A stretch of DNA of 64,000 bases. Origin: Trichosphaerium sp. ATCC 40318. Its lineage: Eukaryota > Protista > Tubulinea. Position numbers and translations under genes: made by a program. The notes beneath the pieces were generated by a model, which worked only from the letters and a program-made list of their open reading frames with translations, searched no databases and was not told the DNA's origin. Of this stretch, positions 13,666-25,065 are shown in pieces (positions within the stretch are counted from its first letter, which is position 1; each line of letters starts with the position of its first letter). The DNA lies in NCBI GenBank assembly GCA_038496445.1, contig JALMLS010000216.1, forward strand, positions 62,001 through 126,000. The letters are read 5' to 3'.

Positions 13666-14065
13666 AAACGCTTACTTTGGCATCTGTGAAAAAACAAGAC
13701 ACCTTCTTCCATCACTGTAATTATAGTCACCTCACCCCTCTTTAATCTGGTGCTATCAGCTTGAAGTAGAAACGATGGAATTTTTGCTGTAAAAAAGTAT
13801 ATTCGCGTTCACTTCGTATAGTGTGTTTTATAAACATGTAAAGCTGTTGCAAAAAAATAACTCATAAAACTTGCGTTTGGTTTAAAGGTAGCTAGCTAGT
13901 ACAGCGAGAACGTAGTTATAAATATATGCAAAGGGGCTCACCTTTGTATGTCCTTTACACGTGAAGCCCAACGTGTCCTTTATTACTAGTAACCACGTGA
14001 TTTATTTTTGTTCTCATTTTTTTATGAAAGAGGCAACAAGTCACCATGTGAAGTAGCAATATTTA

Positions 14066-14509
14066 TTACCAGATTGGATTCAATACTTCCAATACATCGT
14101 ATTCCCAAGTTAAACGAATATAAGCCTTTTTAAGTCCTTTGGGTGTTATGAGAGTTCGAACTCTTTCTACTTTTACATAATACTTTTGTTCAAAAGCATT
14201 TTTTATCTGGTGTTTGTTCGCTCTTCTGTCTACTATAAATGTTGCTGTGTTTAAGTGTTCTACTTTGTTTAAGGCATGTTCAGTTGTCACAGGGTATCTC
14301 AACACATCTGCTATATGTAGCGTTGTTTTCTTAGGAATGGCTTTCTTTGGGTAAATTGGTTTGCGTTGGTGTCTTTGAGTTTTCTTGCGCTTGAACGACG
14401 GCTTTGAGAATCGGTTGAGTTGTTTTTTACAGTTTAAATTTTTCGTTTGTTGTTTCTTTGTATGTAGTGCTTTAGCAGCTGCTTCTTCCCTAGTTTGTTG
14501 TTCTGCCAT
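14066..14509 (-). CDS. RPL23A: 60S ribosomal protein L23a (uL23), divergent copy
   Basis: RYPVTTEHA, NTATFIVDRRANKHQIKNAF and VRTLITPKGLKKAYIRL, with a basic N-terminal extension. A 5'UTR intron acceptor (CTAAC...TGTAG) lies just upstream of the ATG. Confidence 0.93.
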   Translation of the reverse strand: MAEQQTREEAAAKALHTKKQQTKNLNCKKQLNRFSKPSFKRKKTQRHQRKPIYPKKAIPKKTTLHIADVLRYPVTTEHALNKVEHLNTATFIVDRRANKHQIKNAFEQKYYVKVERVRTLITPKGLKKAYIRLTWEYDVLEVLNPIW

Positions 14510-15148
14510 TACCAGAAGCTACATTAAATGCAGTGGTTAGTCAGCATCATCATTTGTTGAACGAAACACACGTAAACGTCAATAATGTTACGTTGAAAGT
14601 CTGGTCAAGTCTTGTCTTGTTTGTATCTGACTATTTTCTGATTACACTACCGTAAGTTTCGTGGCAGATGTCCAAAATCTCATGTAAAATCCTATGGATT
14701 ACCGGTCATTTGCCACGAAATTCACAACCATCCAGTTTGAAGATCCGGATCCATGAACGTAGGTAATGTGCGCACTCAGAAATCATGTCAGTCAACTGAC
14801 GGTTCATGAAACAATGTGGATCCTTTAAAGAATTTTGCAGAAGGCCAGGACCAGGACCTTACTTTAAACAAGACCAAGGAATCATTTGTTGAAATAAAGG
14901 AACGGGTTGATGCCTATGACTGACATACTAAAAGTGCCTAAAAGTGGATGTATGAGTGTCTAACTTGATTTGATCAGTTAAAGACGCCTTTATTCTGCTA
15001 GCATCTATGATACTAAAGGAGGAAAACACCTCATCAATTCTTCTACCAGACTCGTATTCTCTGTAACCAGAATAAACCTGGTTGAAAATATAATGATGTT
15101 TATTTTGTACATTCTCAACAGAAAAAGCCATGCAATTACAATGCTTTT

Positions 15149-17788
15149 TTAGTACTTTATTTTAAGCTTCTTTCTGATGCCTTGCCTATGAGTGTTCTGC
15201 TTACGCTTCTGTCCTGCACGGACATCATGAAAGTTGGCATACGATTTTGGCTACAAGTACACAGAGTGAGTTTTTTTGAAATCTTTGATTCAAAAAAGAA
15301 AAAAAAAGCAAGCGGATACGTACCTTATCTTTCTCTTCTCTACGCTTGATGAGCTCTTTCTCAATAGCCTTGATAAGAGTCCTTTGATTTTCAGGTTTAA
15401 CATACTCTTCTGTACTACTTGTAAAGTACGAAGCACCATCAGTTTGGACATCAACAACATATCCATGATCTTCTAAGAAACCTCTACGCTTCGCAGCATA
15501 ATTTACTTCCTCAGTCTCTGTTGAAACAAGGGAATAGAAGTGTGCTTCTTCTTTTCCTTCAAAAGGTCTTTGAATACGTCCTATACGTTGTCCTTCTTGC
15601 ATACGAGACCCGTCTGTCAAACCAAGTTGAATCACAACGTCAGCACTAGGTAAATCGATAGACTGATCTCCGACTTTACTAAGAAGGATGCGGTTTATGC
15701 TATCCACTCCGCTTGACCTTCTGAACCTGGACAAGATACGTGCACGCTCTTCCGTGGCTGTATTACCGTCTACCATGTCCCATTCTAAAACAGAAGTAAG
15801 AGGCAAATGATAGAAAAGCTTGGCGTACTAAGGAGATGAGAATACCAATGTAAACTGAAGATTGAGTCGCAAAATATGATAACTTTGCTACCAGCCTTTG
15901 CATGCTTTGTTACTAGCTCATACATAACGCGTGTTTTGTTAGGATTGCACATGTACAACAACCGACGTTCTTCCATAAAGTCAGAGCTATAACGAATCAG
16001 ATAAGCTAAAGTCCAACTTACATAAAAAAGGAAAAAAGTACATTTGATGTCTTTCTTTGAACTTAATTGCCATTGGAACACGGATCTCATGACAGCGAAC
16101 AGGAGCAATGTGTCCACGCATCCTAAAGATATTCGTTACAAGAACCGTACTTAAAAAGAAATTAAGGTAATCGTACTGTAGAGTGAAGATATCGAGCTCA
16201 TACAATGTTGGACCAACGAGATAAGGTAGTTCAGGGATTAGATTATCCTCACGAACCATCGTTGCAGTTAATCCGAGCTTAACATGACATTTTATTTGAT
16301 TTGTTACTTTCCTAGGGATTGTTAAAAGACTGTAAAATTAAATAAAAGAAAAAAGCGGTACCTGAAAATCTTTGCTGGTGCAAGATGCACTTCATCTAGT
16401 ACCATGATACCCCAGACACGTTCTTTACATTGTCTCATAGTCTGTAGAGAATCCTCTTTCCTGCCAGTTTGCGTGGAGAACATACTGTACGTTGTAACGA
16501 CGATGTTGGCACTAGATATGTCAGTTTAATGATCTTGATATTGACTTTGATAGCGTACTTGGCATCCCACTCTGCACGATGAAGCGAAGCAAATCGAGAT
16601 ATCTGCTTATCACGAACAGCAGCAAACTTTTTGAATTGCTCTTTCCACTGCGTCACTGCAAGAGCAGATTGACAAAACACAATAGCATTCAACTACAAGT
16701 AATGTTAGTTAGATGATTTTTACACTAAAAAGAAAAAGAAAAAAAAAAAAGAAAAACTATTCGTACCTTGCACAACGCAACGGCGTTTATACCGATTAAG
16801 GTCTTTCCAGCACCACAAGGTAGAACCAAGACACCAGAGTGCATCTTATAACCGTTCCAGAATAAACTGTGACTACTGTGGAGTTGGTAATCCCTCAACT
16901 TTATCTCAGGCCGGATGTTTATGCTACACAATAATAAATTAGTGTTGTGTATTGTAGCAGTTCCTTGTACTTTATCTTTGATGCTTCTGTATGGCTACCA
17001 AGTTCATATTCTTCTATTATAGGATACCCATTATGATAGCATATACGTTTGACGGATTCTGCTTGCTCAGGAGAGATTTCAAATCCGAAATATTCTCTTG
17101 AATCTAAATTGCTTTAGTTTTTGTTTTTTCAAAATCCAAAACGTACCGTCTCCGTAGTACTTGTTAACAACCCTATTAGGACAGTATCTATCCAAAGCAG
17201 GGATTGACTTTATTTTAACAATCAAGTCTTGATCTGGTGCTTGAACAAAGTACTTTGTGTCCCTATTGAGTAATAAAATGTTAAGAAAAACATTTTCATT
17301 TACTGACGTACCTCAACACTAATAGTAGCTCGTAGTATGTGTTTGTCGTGTATTTTCGTATGAGCCTGTGTAGTTTAACGGGCATTATCTCGTTTGATAG
17401 ATATCCTACTAGTCTGACAATCTCCTTGGCATTGTAACCTGAAAAAAGAAAAAGAATAAGCAAACGAATAACAAATTACAGGCACGTGAAGGAAAAAAAA
17501 AGAAGGATGTAGGTTGAGAATAAAAACACCGATATCTTGACACATACCTCTTGAATACGCCAAGAAAAGAGATAACGGTGTTATCTCATACAAGTAGTAT
17601 TTTGCATCTACGATCTTCTTAAATTCAGCAACACTGTCAAGCAACTCTTTTGCTAAAGCAATGCCACGTTCTCGTTGTAGAATAGGTAACTGTTTGACTA
17701 CAGGTAACAAAATTTCTACCATCTTATCTTCTGCTTCTCCATATACTAGAGGATGGCAATTAAAGTCTTCCATGATTTCTTCTTCAAG
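15149..17788 (-). CDS. ERCC3: XPB/ERCC3/Ssl2-family SF2 DNA translocase module
   Basis: XPB N-terminal domain (YEITPLSLFLAYSRG...LVLRDTKYFVQ), LRDYQ, Walker A LPCGAGKT, QWKEQF, Walker B LDEVH, LGLTATMVRED, LYMCNPNK, SKVGDQSIDLP and QRIGRIQR. Confidence 0.95.
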
Positions 17789-19878
17789 CTTTATTGAAAA
17801 AAACCAGATAAGCAAAACAGAAAACTATGCAAACTCTGTAGGTACCTCCATTTTGGCGCTTCCAGCTTTATTTGCAGAACCAACAGCCTTAGAGTTTCTA
17901 GCTTCAGGCTTACCACGTCTTCGTGATCGTGACTTAGTTGCTTGACGCCTAGGTGCTACAGTCTTGCGAACAGTTCGTTTATATTGTTTACCTATCGCTC
18001 TCATTACATTCTTTAAAAATATTGTAGTTGTGATACGTACCTCCTTTATCGAGGTTAGCCAAGTCGTCTAATCTATCTTTTAGAGGTTGTATGATGTTTT
18101 TTAGCTCTTTCAGAGATAGTTCTAGTAATTGAAGCTTCTCTCGATTATTAGTTCTTATCAGCTCACTGTCACAGCCCATTATATCACAATGGTACTTTCC
18201 AGTTGCTCTATTCTTAACACGCTCGAGTTGCAAGGTCCTGAAATGCTTCTTGCATGGAGTGCAGTAGAGTACTTGATCTCTAACCTGCTCTATTTCCTCT
18301 TCAAGGTTTTTTTCCATAGATAGGACACGGTAATTTACAGCGTCAACAAACTTGTCCAAGTCAATTGACCAAACATTAAACATTCTTCCATAGCCTTTTT
18401 TGGCTGTTGTCTTTTTAGGCTCGACAGCCGTTCTACATTTTCCTGTCAGCTCAAATACAATGATATTCTGTCGTTACGTACCTAGTAATCAACTTGTGGC
18501 CATTTAGGATATTCAAAGCCTTACTAACTTGTTTTGCTGGTAGTTGTAATTCGGCATATAAATCTTTTTCTCGAAATCTAATAACAAAAGCATGTTAGAG
18601 CAAATACCAATAACATTCAAACACGTGAAATAAAATTAAAGTAGAACACGTACAATTTCTTTTCAACGAACTTGTAAAGGGTAAGAATATAGCTATCTTC
18701 GCTATAGAACCACGTAGCAACAATAGCGAGGAGATCAACAACTTTTTCAAATTCAGTAGGATTTGCATCTCCATTGTGTAACACAATGTGCTTTTGTTTT
18801 TTGGCAGAGTCTTCTTCTGTAGATGGCAAGAAATCGAAGTTTGTATCAAGCTTTAACACGTGTTCTTCGCCACCTTGGCTTTGATGTTGCATACTGAATA
18901 GGATCAGTTTCAAAGTAAATTTTTTGTATGTTTAAAATCTTACCGGAGGTGAGCCGCGAGGGCTTGCAAGTCAGCATCAGCAGCAGAGGTCTTACGCTTG
19001 GTACTTCTTCGCCGCTTTGGAGCGTCTTGATATAACTCTGGTTGTACGTTGCAGTCGAGTTTCGATAGTTGGCGATTGTTATCTCTACACGCAATTAAAA
19101 ACCACCAAAAAAATAATGATTGATAAACTCGTACGCTAAGAATTGTCTCAGGTCAACGAAATCAACCTTGGCGACATTGTTCCATAATCTCTGTAGTGTC
19201 CTTGCTATCGGTACTAGAGTAATAGGTGGATTCACGTGATTTAACGACGGCCTCAAATACAAAAACTACACAACAACATTTTAGTAAGAATACGGCGGTG
19301 TACGGCTTGTACCAAGTTTTTGCTGACGCTGTGTTTGACTGTAAGTATTTTAAGGTCTTCGTGAAGCTCCTATAGCAATCTAATCAGTTCTCACTCGTCA
19401 CACGTTCGAAACGTCAAAAAAAAAAGCTTGGCCAACTGCGCAAAAAAAACCGGCAAGATAAAAATTGACTTCATTCGGTAGAAGCAAAAATATGGGTTAG
19501 AAGGCTTTGCTGAAAATTACTCATGTTCAAATTACTCATAGATTACTTCCGTACAGCTATAAAGTCGTCAATTCCATCGTACGCAGTGGTCGTTTCTTCA
19601 TCTACCTCCATTATCCTGTCTTTTTTCAAAATTTGCAGTATATCATCAGCGCTATCGATACGATACTTGTGTTTGTATTGAATATGCCCAGTATTGGGAT
19701 CATACTCCAACTGGCTGTTTGCTTTTAACAGTTCAAGGAGCGGTACGGTTATTATAATTCCGAGGCTCTGTTGAATTTCTGCCATTGTTAACCCGGCAGG
19801 GTTCTTTTTTAACGCTAGAACAACCTCAAAATGTTGCGTGCCCAGGTGGGGTTGTCCAGACCCTTCTGGAGCGGACAT
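15149..19878 (-). CDS. Predicted TFIIE-beta / TFIIE-alpha / XPB (ERCC3, Ssl2) triple fusion protein
   Basis: Every inter-domain junction is a canonical, phase-compatible intron: 19554-19370, 19312-19266, 19134-19085, 18943-18894, 18040-17992 and 17845-17789. There are no in-frame stops across these junctions after splicing. Confidence 0.75.
18041..18893 (-). CDS. GTF2E1: TFIIE alpha subunit module (Tfa1/GTF2E1-like): extended winged helix + Zn ribbon
   Basis: LLAIVATWFY...FREKDLYAELQLPAKQVSKALNILNGHKLI...WSIDLDKFVDAVNYRV...YCTPCKKHF...YHCDIMGCDSEL...IQPLKDRL. Confidence 0.87.
18940..19878 (-). CDS. GTF2E2: TFIIE beta subunit module (Tfa2/GTF2E2-like)
   Basis: Winged helices LLELLKANSQLEYDPNTGHIQYKHKYRIDSADDILQILKK, then spliced LQRLWNNVAKVDFVDLRQFL and a basic KRRRSTKRK tail. 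Confidence 0.85.
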
Positions 19879-20410
19879 GTTGCGTCACTTGGGTTAAATA
19901 CGTTATTTTGCGTTCAACAAGATAAAAAACCTTGCTGGACGACGTAAAAACCTCCTTAACACATTAAGTACTACCATACGCACGCTATCACGTAGCAGCT
20001 GTAGCTACTGGCTAGGCTTTTTTGAAATCGCTCTGAAAAATCTAAAAAGTTAGCTGTTAACGGCCTCTACATTACATTTTTACTCAACTATAAACACAAA
20101 ACGCGCATTCAAGCCAATCCCACTATGGAAGAACGAGTGTAGGTGATTGATTATTCTGTTGCAACTTTTGAACTCGTTTTCATTGAATATGGTCCAAGCT
20201 TCTAACTGTCAGGGCGCTAAATCATAATTATTTTGCAACCAAGCTGGTTTTAAAAATTTTATCTACCATTACATTTTAGGAAACATTTCTTCACGATTCT
20301 GGACTTGCTGTAGTAGCGTTATACAAACAAAGGTGTTGGCGTTTTCGTAAGGTGCACGGGTTGTGGCAAGGCGTAATCACGTGATTTCTCAAACCCACTT
20401 ACTGTACTCT

Positions 20411-20970
20411 TTATTTCTTTTTTGTCCATTTTCTGAAGGCGTTGTTGATGTTTATAATATCAGAGGCACTAATACTTGCTTCTTTGCCTAGTTTTTCACT
20501 TTCAAACGTCATTAGCTGTTTTAAAAACCCTCTATTGGGCTGAATACCCTTTCGCTTTGTTTTTACAGTTATGATAGCGTCTCTCAGCGACATGTCACTG
20601 CCGTGCATCAAATACGCAATTACCACCGCTGGAGACCTACTAACACCACCTGAAGGCGTCAGTATGATTTAAAGAGTTATTTATCGCTACCTGAGCAATG
20701 TACAAGCACTTTGTGCTTGCCTCTCTTCAGTTTGTCTAAAAAAGTAAAAATATCTTGTAGCAAGCTTAAAATATCCGCTTCTGCGTTGTCTGTTATATGA
20801 CATTGCTTGTACGTGAATTTACTAGGATATAAGCATTTGCCAGCCAAGTTTACAATGTGAGTAATTCCAAGTTGTTCTAACCCCTCTGACGCCTTTGCTG
20901 CGCGAACACTCCCAAGAAAAAGGAAGTTATCTATAATTTGAGTACAGTCTATGTTTTTACGCCGAGCCAT
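20411..20970 (-). CDS. Atypical dual-specificity protein phosphatase
   Basis: TQIIDNFLFLGS, GITHIVN, spliced VHCSGGVSRS, AYLM and IQPNRGFLKQL. Confidence 0.92.
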
Positions 20971-21093
20971 GTAGTGTACAGTAGTACGAGAGTACTTTAT
21001 AACGTCAGCTTTTGCTGTAATCGTCAATACAATTCAGTTCAGATAACAGTATCACGAAGAAAACAGTTTTTTTTTATTAAGTTTTCTTTCACA

Positions 21094-24000
21094 CTAGTTC
21101 TGTTATAACAAGATCATCATTACAAGATACAACAAGTGTAAAACTGGCTTCTTTTTTGGCATCAAAAGTACACGGTATTATAGCATAATTACCTGGAGCC
21201 AACTCAACTAGTTTTTTGCCTAGAAATTTGGTAAATTTTTTTCAAATGCCGTGGTTGTGACCAATTTGAAATAAAATACGAAAGGTTAGGATGACGTACA
21301 TTCGCGTGGATCACCAAACTTTCCTTTATCGACAACATTATTAGCTGTAACCTTTGCAAGGTGACCTTGAATAAAGAATTAGATCAAAGTTGAATCGTCT
21401 CCGTAAATTAGTCATGTATTGAAGGTACCTGTTGCATTTGGTCCTCGCTTGACCAAGTAAAATGAGATGGCATCAAAGTGTTCTCTCTCCTGCAAAAGAA
21501 GAACTTCGAGCTTCGTCTTCTTTGAGAGCTTGAACCCATACTGTGGATTCTTTTCGAATGTTGCATGATTACGACATCCTCCTGCGGTTACGCCTTTCCA
21601 AGAACCCTAAATATCCCGATCAATATAGGAAAAGAGCACGTACAAGTGATCAATGCCAAAAACTATAAAGCAATCATTGGTACCTCAAGAGTATATTTGT
21701 TCCAATCTTTTGAATCATCAATTAGCTCTACTTTGACTTCTGTATCTGAATAAACTGCCATAGAGAATGGGCGCTCTTCATTAGGGTCATAAGTACATGG
21801 CATAATCACATATGGTGTATCTGACGCCGGTAATTTCATCTCAACAGTAACTAAAAGAGCCAATCAATTAAAATGAACAAAGTTAATTTTGTACCTCTTT
21901 CACGTGTTAAAAATCTAGAACTCTTTACAATCTGAGAATCGTTCCATAGTATTCTATGTGCTATAAAAAACCATTAAGAAAGGCCTCGTAGAAATATTTG
22001 ATGTTCGTCTTAGTTCACGTACGTTTTGATTCTCTTGTTTTAAATACATAAAATCCAATACTGGACATTGCCTTACCAGCAATTTGTGTAAGTTGTAACA
22101 AGACATTTGCTGTCTTGGTGACATAAACAAATATTTGATGGTTCCAACGCCACGTGAGATAATTCATACAACCACCAGCGCTTTTATCTTTCCAACTCTG
22201 CTCTACCATCAATTCTTTTCCTAAAGGAAAAAAATAAGAAAAAGTCAAAAAGCGAGTTTCTTATTTTAAACATACCGGAGATGCTTCCAACTCCTGATAA
22301 TTTATCTCCCTTGAACTCATCTTCTTTATCGTCAAGTCCTTCATCTGCTTCTATACCAAGAGCAGCTTCCATAGCTACAATTATTTCAAACGTTTGCTTC
22401 TTTTCCGCCTACAACAAAAAAATCAAAACCCTTCTTTTTAACTCTGTAACAAGTTCAATAAAAATATGCGTACAGCCCAATCAGGTTCGCGTTTGGCAGC
22501 GCGTCTATTATCATATTGTATCTCTCTTAACTTTGTGACATTTTTAGATAGTTCTGCGTTATTGTTTCTTTTAGAGAACTCAGCAAGCCTAAAGTTGGGT
22601 TAATTTTAAAATTAAGATGTTTTCATCTACTAACCTATCTTTATCTTTTTTAAGTTGAATTATCTCCTCTCTTAACTTTTGAATCTCTTTTAGTTTTTCG
22701 CCTATTTCCTTTGTTGATTCAAGATTTTTGATCTTTTCTTCCAGTAGGAGCTTCTTTTGGTCTTCTGTCTTTTGTACTTGCTTCTTATACTTTTGTTTAT
22801 CCTATCATACTGCTAAGTACACTATAATAAAGAGTTTTAAAGTACTCACCGATATATAGTTAACCAAGACACCTTGTGAAATCCATTTTGATGTACCCTT
22901 TCCAATAATTCTACGATTACTCCAAATACTTAGCTCAAAGCGTGATGTGAACCCTGGTTCGTGTGTAGATGGAATAATACAGTAGAATCCAGGGTTAAGA
23001 TGCATGATTCCAATCGCTATTGATTATTAACATCACAATAATGGCAAAGAAAACTAAACAAGAAGTACCTTCATAAGGACCTTTAAACTCTGACGTAAAT
23101 AAAATGTCCTTCTGTCTGATACGATCTGGTGGTTGCTCACCTATACGCTCATTAATCAAGGGATCTTAACGAGTAAATAGAGCCACGTACCTTCTATTGT
23201 GGCAACATAAAATCCAACATTATTAAACTTCGTTTTTTTAGTTTGAGATAAAACCATTGTAACCTTATCAGTAATTTCTGCAACGTTAATAACATAACGA
23301 GGGTTTGATTTCCATGAGCGATTAGGTTTAGATCCTCCAGCACTATCTTTATTCCACCGACCCTACACAAAGACCTTTAAGAGACTGTAACAAGAGTGGT
23401 AAAAAAATGCCATGTTTTTGACACCGAAGCATTTCAAGAATCTTCGAATACGTACACCAACAGTCAAGTCATACCAATCCTCTTCTGGTGTAATCTCTTT
23501 TAATACACCTTTATCACAAGACAACTTAAAATCGCCGATAAAACCAGGTTCAAAGGTAGCAGGCATAACTAAAATATTGACTTAGAAAAAAAAGAATGGT
23601 TTGTTTGCATTCTCATTAGCGCTGCAAACTCGAAATCAGCACGTACTAATGAATGGTGAGTCAGTGCCTTCAAGCACAGCGTCGATGTACACTACAGTAG
23701 ATGAGCATACGCAATTTTAGGCCAATTTAAAAGCTTTTTTGTAGTAAAGCTCCAAAAACGACAATTTCGCCCTGAGCAAAAAACAAACTATAAAATGATA
23801 CGTTTTATGCGTCAGAGATTGTTTTGTTAAAAAAACTTACCAACGTTTGTTGTTTGAAACTTTGACTGTTCAACGATATGTTCAGCGTTAAGAATCTTAC
23901 GGCCAGTGCCTTAGTGAAGCTGTTAGCGTGAAGTGCAGTTTTACTTGTGAAAAAGAGAAAAGCACGCCTACCATCTTTGCGGAAAATGTACAAGCCTATG

Positions 24001-24296
24001 TTGTAGCCTTTATTGTCCAGTTGAGTGAGCGAAATGCGAACCTACACGCGAACATAGTCAGACGAAATAGAAACGACACATTGCAGTACTAACGTCGCCA
24101 GAAAACGATCGACGCAACTTCAGAAAGTATTGCGGGTTATAACGCCATGATGGATATTTATCACTTCCTCCTGCAGAACAATCCTCCCAGGATCCCTTAT
24201 ATGCGTAAATATACTTGATTTAACTGTTTTCTCAAAGATAAAATGTATTTAAAAAAAGACCATATTTAAAACACGTACTTTTACTTCCTTTGCCAT
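21094..24296 (-). CDS. Protein with four calpain domain-III (C2-like/CBSW) repeats and a central coiled coil; no protease domain
   Basis: Four W...SAGG...W..NPQY/F-type units, each ending in a Y.I.P.TF/Y motif (MPATFEPG, IIPSTHEPG, IMPCTYDP, IIPCTFD). Confidence 0.82.
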
Positions 24297-24514
24297 CTGC
24301 GTATCACAAAAGCGTAATTCTAGCGTTAATAAAGCGCTATATGTTAAGCTACGGCAATTAAGTACTTTTAAAGTTTTATTTTTGGACAATCTTTATTTTT
24401 ACAAAGCTGAGCTCTTGTAATCACAAACATACGCTCGTGATTTATGGCAACAATGGATAAGACACTTTGATAAGTCGGTTTGCTGAGTACTATGACATGT
24501 TGTTTAATTCATAT

Positions 24515-24925
24515 TTACTTGTTTTTAACGACTGCCTTGTGTGCGTTTGCTTCTGCTATGATCGTACTAAAGTCGTTCAAAACGGCGTGGTGCTTAAGCT
24601 CTGCAATTATACTCAAAAGTGACTCAGCTGCTACTACCTACGCGCGTGGTTAATGTTTCCGTAGATTGTTAACTGCTGGTTACCAATTCTGTGGAATAAA
24701 CGTCAATACTGTAGTTTTCCCTCGCATTACGCGTATTTTCATTGATCTACTTGCGTTAAACGTTTTATACAGCTTGTAAATTGTTTGTACCCTAGAACTT
24801 TGTAATATCTCGCTGTAGTGCGTCAACATGTCGCTTAGTAATTTTTCTACCTTTAAAGCATATTTTGTTCTGGTTTGTTGGAGTTGATTAATATACAGGT
24901 CGCCAGGCTCTGTCCCTCTATTCAT
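24515..24925 (-). CDS. MED22: Mediator subunit 22 (Srb6)
   Basis: LLSDMLTHYSEILQSSR and spliced VVAAESLLSIIAELKHHAVLNDF resemble the Med22 consensus VRAGESL.KLVSDLK...LNDF. Confidence 0.75.
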
Positions 24926-25065
24926 GTCGCAACAGATACTGCTATTACGTTGCTTTACTGAACGCCATGTACTATTCTTTAGCGCTTGAAAGATATTGAC
25001 ATTCCGAAGTACCAAGCAAAGCGAGCATAGAAAGCTATTGAGGCTACGTTACTTATACAGGCAGC

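Noticed and set aside
19878-24925. Pol II machinery cluster (fusion gene plus MED22)
   Set aside because: Two unrelated genes intervene; the proximity is compatible with chance in a gene-dense genome.
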